A DNA stretch of 51,036 nt from assembly GCF_001194135.2 (NCBI RefSeq), contig NC_068983.1:65333621-65384656 (forward strand). The letters are read 5' to 3'. This DNA is from Octopus bimaculoides. Taxonomy: Eukaryota. The notes below the pieces were generated by a model. The model was not told the DNA's origin. It made no database searches and saw only the letters and a program-made list of their open reading frames with translations. The translations under genes and the position numbers were made by a program. Shown here one piece after another: positions 47,683 through 51,036 of this stretch. Every line of letters begins with the position of its first letter. The stretch's first letter is position 1.

Positions 47683-49519
47683 TTATTATTATTATTATTA
47701 TAAGGCATACCTATTGATTTTCTATAATACATTTATCTCTGGATACGATACACAGTCGAATGATTGTCAGTGTACAACGTCTGACTTGAATCATTCCCGG
47801 CAAAACTATTTCTGTCGGACTTCGTTTCTACATATATTGAAAGAGCAATACACCATGAGCAATTAAAACAAAGCATATTCATGGACCCAGTCAGAGATAG
47901 CACCAATCTCTTCCACAGCATAAATATTGGAATATGTGTCTTAGAACTCAATATAAAATCAATTGCTCTTCTTATAAGAAAATACGTAAAGTTTGTACCT
48001 AAATTATATTACAAATCGAATTTGTATAGTATTAGTTTTGTATATATATATATCCAGATTAATATTGACTCATAAATTTCTTTCCGAATATAGTTTCGCT
48101 AATGTAATTAATCAGTCTCCATATACACGTACACACATATATGGGTGTGTGTGTGTGTGTGTGCGTGCATGGGCGTGTGTGTGCATTTATGTAATACGCA
48201 GATTTATATGTATATATATGAGTATATATATATATATATATATATATATNNNNNNNNNNNNNNNNNNNNNNNNNNNNNNNNNNNNNNNNNNNNNNNNNNN
48301 NNNNNNNNNNNNNNNNNNNNNNNNNNNNNNNNNNNNNNNNNNNNNNNNNNNNNNNNNNNNNNNNNNNNNNNNNNNNNNNNNNNNNNNNNNNNNNNNNNNN
48401 NNNNNNNNNNNNNNNNNNNNNNNNNNNNNNNNNNNNNNNNNNNNNNNNNNNNNNNNNNNNNNNNNNNNNNNNNNNNNNNNNNNNNNNNNNNNNNNNNNNN
48501 NNNNNNNNNNNNNNNNNNNNNNNNNNNNNNNNNNNNNNNNNNNNNNNNNNNNNNNNNNNNNNNNNNNNNNNNNNNNNNNNNNNNNNNNNNNNNNNNNNNN
48601 NNNNNNNNNNNNNNNNNNNNNNNNNNNNNNNNNNNNNNNNNNNNNNNNNNNNNNNNNNNNNNNNNNNNNNNNNNNNNNNNNNNNNNNNNNNNNNNNNNNN
48701 NNNNNNNNNNNNNNNNNNNNNNNNNNNNNNNNNNNNNNNNNNNNNNNNNNNNNNNNNNNNNNNNNNNNNNNNNNNNNNNNNNNNNNNNNNNNNNNNNNNN
48801 NNNNNNNNNNNNNNNNNNNNNNNNNNNNNNNNNNNNNNNNNNNNNNNNNNNNNNNNNNNNNNNNNNNNNNNNNNNNNNNNNNNNNNNNNNNNNNNNNNNN
48901 NNNNNNNNNNNNNNNNNNNNNNNNNNNNNNNNNNNNNNNNNNNNNNNNNNNNNNNNNNNNNNNNNNNNNNNNNNNNNNNNNNNNNNNNNNNNNNNNNNNN
49001 NNNNNNNNNNNNAGAAGGAGGAGGAGGAGGAGGAGGATACAGGGGATAGATAATAACGATGTGTAAAACAATTTTCCATTATGGTTATAATCTTATTTGC
49101 TTTTAAAACTCCGTCAAATGCATCAGAATCACTTTAATTATGCCTGTTACATACCCAATATGTTGTTATGCAAGAAATCCGAAAAACATTCAATAAAAGA
49201 AATACCCCAAAGAGGAAATAAAAGTTATACAGGATATATTCTGACGCAATCTATGACCGATAGTCTCCAACACTGTACTCAAACTAAGTTCTGCATTCCT
49301 CACCTATTAATACAAAAAAATACACAGAACGCTTTGTACACTGAATCAAAACCCAACCAAATAAAAACAGAGCGCCACTCGCACAATATATTATAGAGTG
49401 ACCACGACATAACTAATACAGACAGATTTAGCATACAAACACATTCCGACTTCTTAAAATGAAAGGTTACGTGTACCTCAATTACAGTTTCTCCTGGTGA
49501 TGCAGAAATAATACATAAT

Positions 49520-49722
49520 TATTTCTAATTTTGGCACAAGGCCAGCAATTTTTAGGAGGGCGGAAACCGATTTCATAGAACCTAGTAATGTTAATTATTT
49601 TAACGACTCTGAAGAAATGTAAGGTTGAAGTCGACCTCGGTAACATGTTGATGTCAAAATGTAAAGACCCGGATGAAGTGTCGCTACGCATTTTTCTGGC
49701 GTGCTAAAGATTCTGCAAGCTT
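49520..49722 (-). mobile_element. tRNA-derived SINE, family 1
   Basis: Plus strand ttggcacaaggccagcaatttt..aagtcgacctcgg..gctacgcattttt..gcgtgctaa..ttctgc is the reverse complement of the family-1 pattern. Confidence 0.8.
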
Positions 49723-49869
49723 ATCAAGAGATCAGAATGAAAATTATATTATTTTCATCATTATTTTTCGTTTGACTCAGGTTCGGTCTAATCCTTGGTT
49801 TGAATTATGTTGATAGTGGGTTATTACCTGTAACCTCATTTATCTGCAAGTTTTCAGCAGTTTTTCAAG

Positions 49870-50035
49870 TGCTTAGACCCCTCTAGATAATCCTTACTGT
49901 CCTCAAAAGAGAAAGAATTTTTGTAGACGCTCTACTGGGCATATTATTTCAATTTCACTCATTTGTCTATATCTTGGCTAACTGTTCTCAACGCAGAAAC
50001 TAATATAGGCACGACCTTTACTGTTCAGTTGCTTT
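49870..50035 (-). mobile_element. Degenerate R4/Dong C-terminal fragment
   Basis: VKVVPILVSALRTVSQ..CPVERLQK resembles VVPI..GALG.V..LQK..LLGT. The 5' flank is (AAT)n(AAC)n. Confidence 0.5.
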
Positions 50036-50044
50036 TTGTTGTTG

Positions 50045-50116
<72 letters not shown>

Positions 50117-50165
50117 GTATTATTTATTATTATTTTATTTAATTTCTTGCCGCTACTACTACTAA
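50035..50165. repeat. Compound (TTG)n(ATT)n microsatellite
   Basis: Seen directly in the sequence. Confidence 0.95.
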
Positions 50166-51036
50166 TACCACCAGCGCTACTCCAAATAATCAGTGTTTTT
50201 AGTAACATCTTTTCCAAAAGCGGTTTGGTATTTCAGGGAAAAACAATTTTTCTTTTATGAATCTGATAATAATATTTAAATAAAATAAGAGCTATCCAGT
50301 ATGAAGAGAGTTGCAGTCAAGATATTTCCAAAGAACTAAAGCAGTTTTCAAAGCTAAACTTATTAAATTATTTCATTCATTTGTCCCAATATTGAATTCA
50401 ACACGTGCATATCTGTGCAAAACGATTAGATTTTTTTTTAGATGTGTTTAATCAATCCGAAATATAAAAAAGGAAACGATTTAATTGAATTTGTGACGAT
50501 TCGAGAACACAGAGCATATTTACGTTTAGATTTATATGTCTTTAATTATGTTTTGAATGCTTGCGTGGTAATATTGATGAAACGAGTGGCCGTTGCCACA
50601 CTAATATGACAAGGTCTAATGGACAACTTCTAATTTGTGAAAAGGAAAACATGATGGAGAGTTTAAATTTGTTAATGAAGGTTTGATTTATTATTCTCCA
50701 GCTTCAAATATTGCTTCTGAACCAACTAATAATATTTCTGACGTGACTGATTAACTATCGTGTTATTCTCGAGTGAATAATCTATTGTGAACTTTGACAA
50801 TTATCAGATAACAAAGGATTAGTTATTTGCAAACCACTTAATAATAAATAACATTCAAGGTGAAGAAACAAAGAAGAGCAAAACACTATACTGCTTTCTT
50901 TGAATTGCAAATATCTGTCCCCAAATAAACAGAGTAATTTGTTCCAAAAGTTTTTAACGTTTCTTTTGTTTTCCATAAAACGTACACACGCACACGCACA
51001 CACGCAAGCATATACATATATATATATATATATATA

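Larger units (their letters stand above)
5841..49012. other. Ten assembly gaps (about 3.3 kb of N in total)
   Basis: N-runs at 5841-6109, 19880-20200, 24269-24408, 27366-28093, 30089-30342, 33569-33811, 35085-35133, 39730-40255, 44234-44746 and 48250-49012. Almost all are bordered by microsatellites. Confidence 0.98.

Noticed and set aside
4-51003. Many ORF-track entries with poly-VC, HT, YI, S, N, E or X runs
   Set aside because: They are translations of microsatellites or read through N-gaps, not genes.

Overview
About 51 kb of AT-rich, microsatellite-dense eukaryotic DNA with ten N-gaps. The repeat families are ones I recognise from Octopus (inferred, not verified). I find no recognisable host protein-coding gene, no rRNA, no true tRNA and no CRISPR array, so the window looks intronic or intergenic. 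All convincing protein similarity comes from decayed retroelements: (1) R4/Dong-clade restriction-like-endonuclease LINEs, including a co-oriented stack at 1.5-5.8 kb whose members are mostly separated by (TAA)n-type microsatellites; (2) two CR1-like LINEs; (3) three distinct Penelope-like (PLE) fragments; (4) an RTE-like fragment. Two tRNA-derived SINE families and a MITE are also present. The most interesting signals are RNA structures on the minus strand: a nearly intact type I hammerhead ribozyme (44825-44872), a decayed one (8348-8394), and a hammerhead-like motif whose three strands are in a non-canonical, fully crossed order (24546-24608). Most ORFs in the supplied track are microsatellite or N-gap artefacts.
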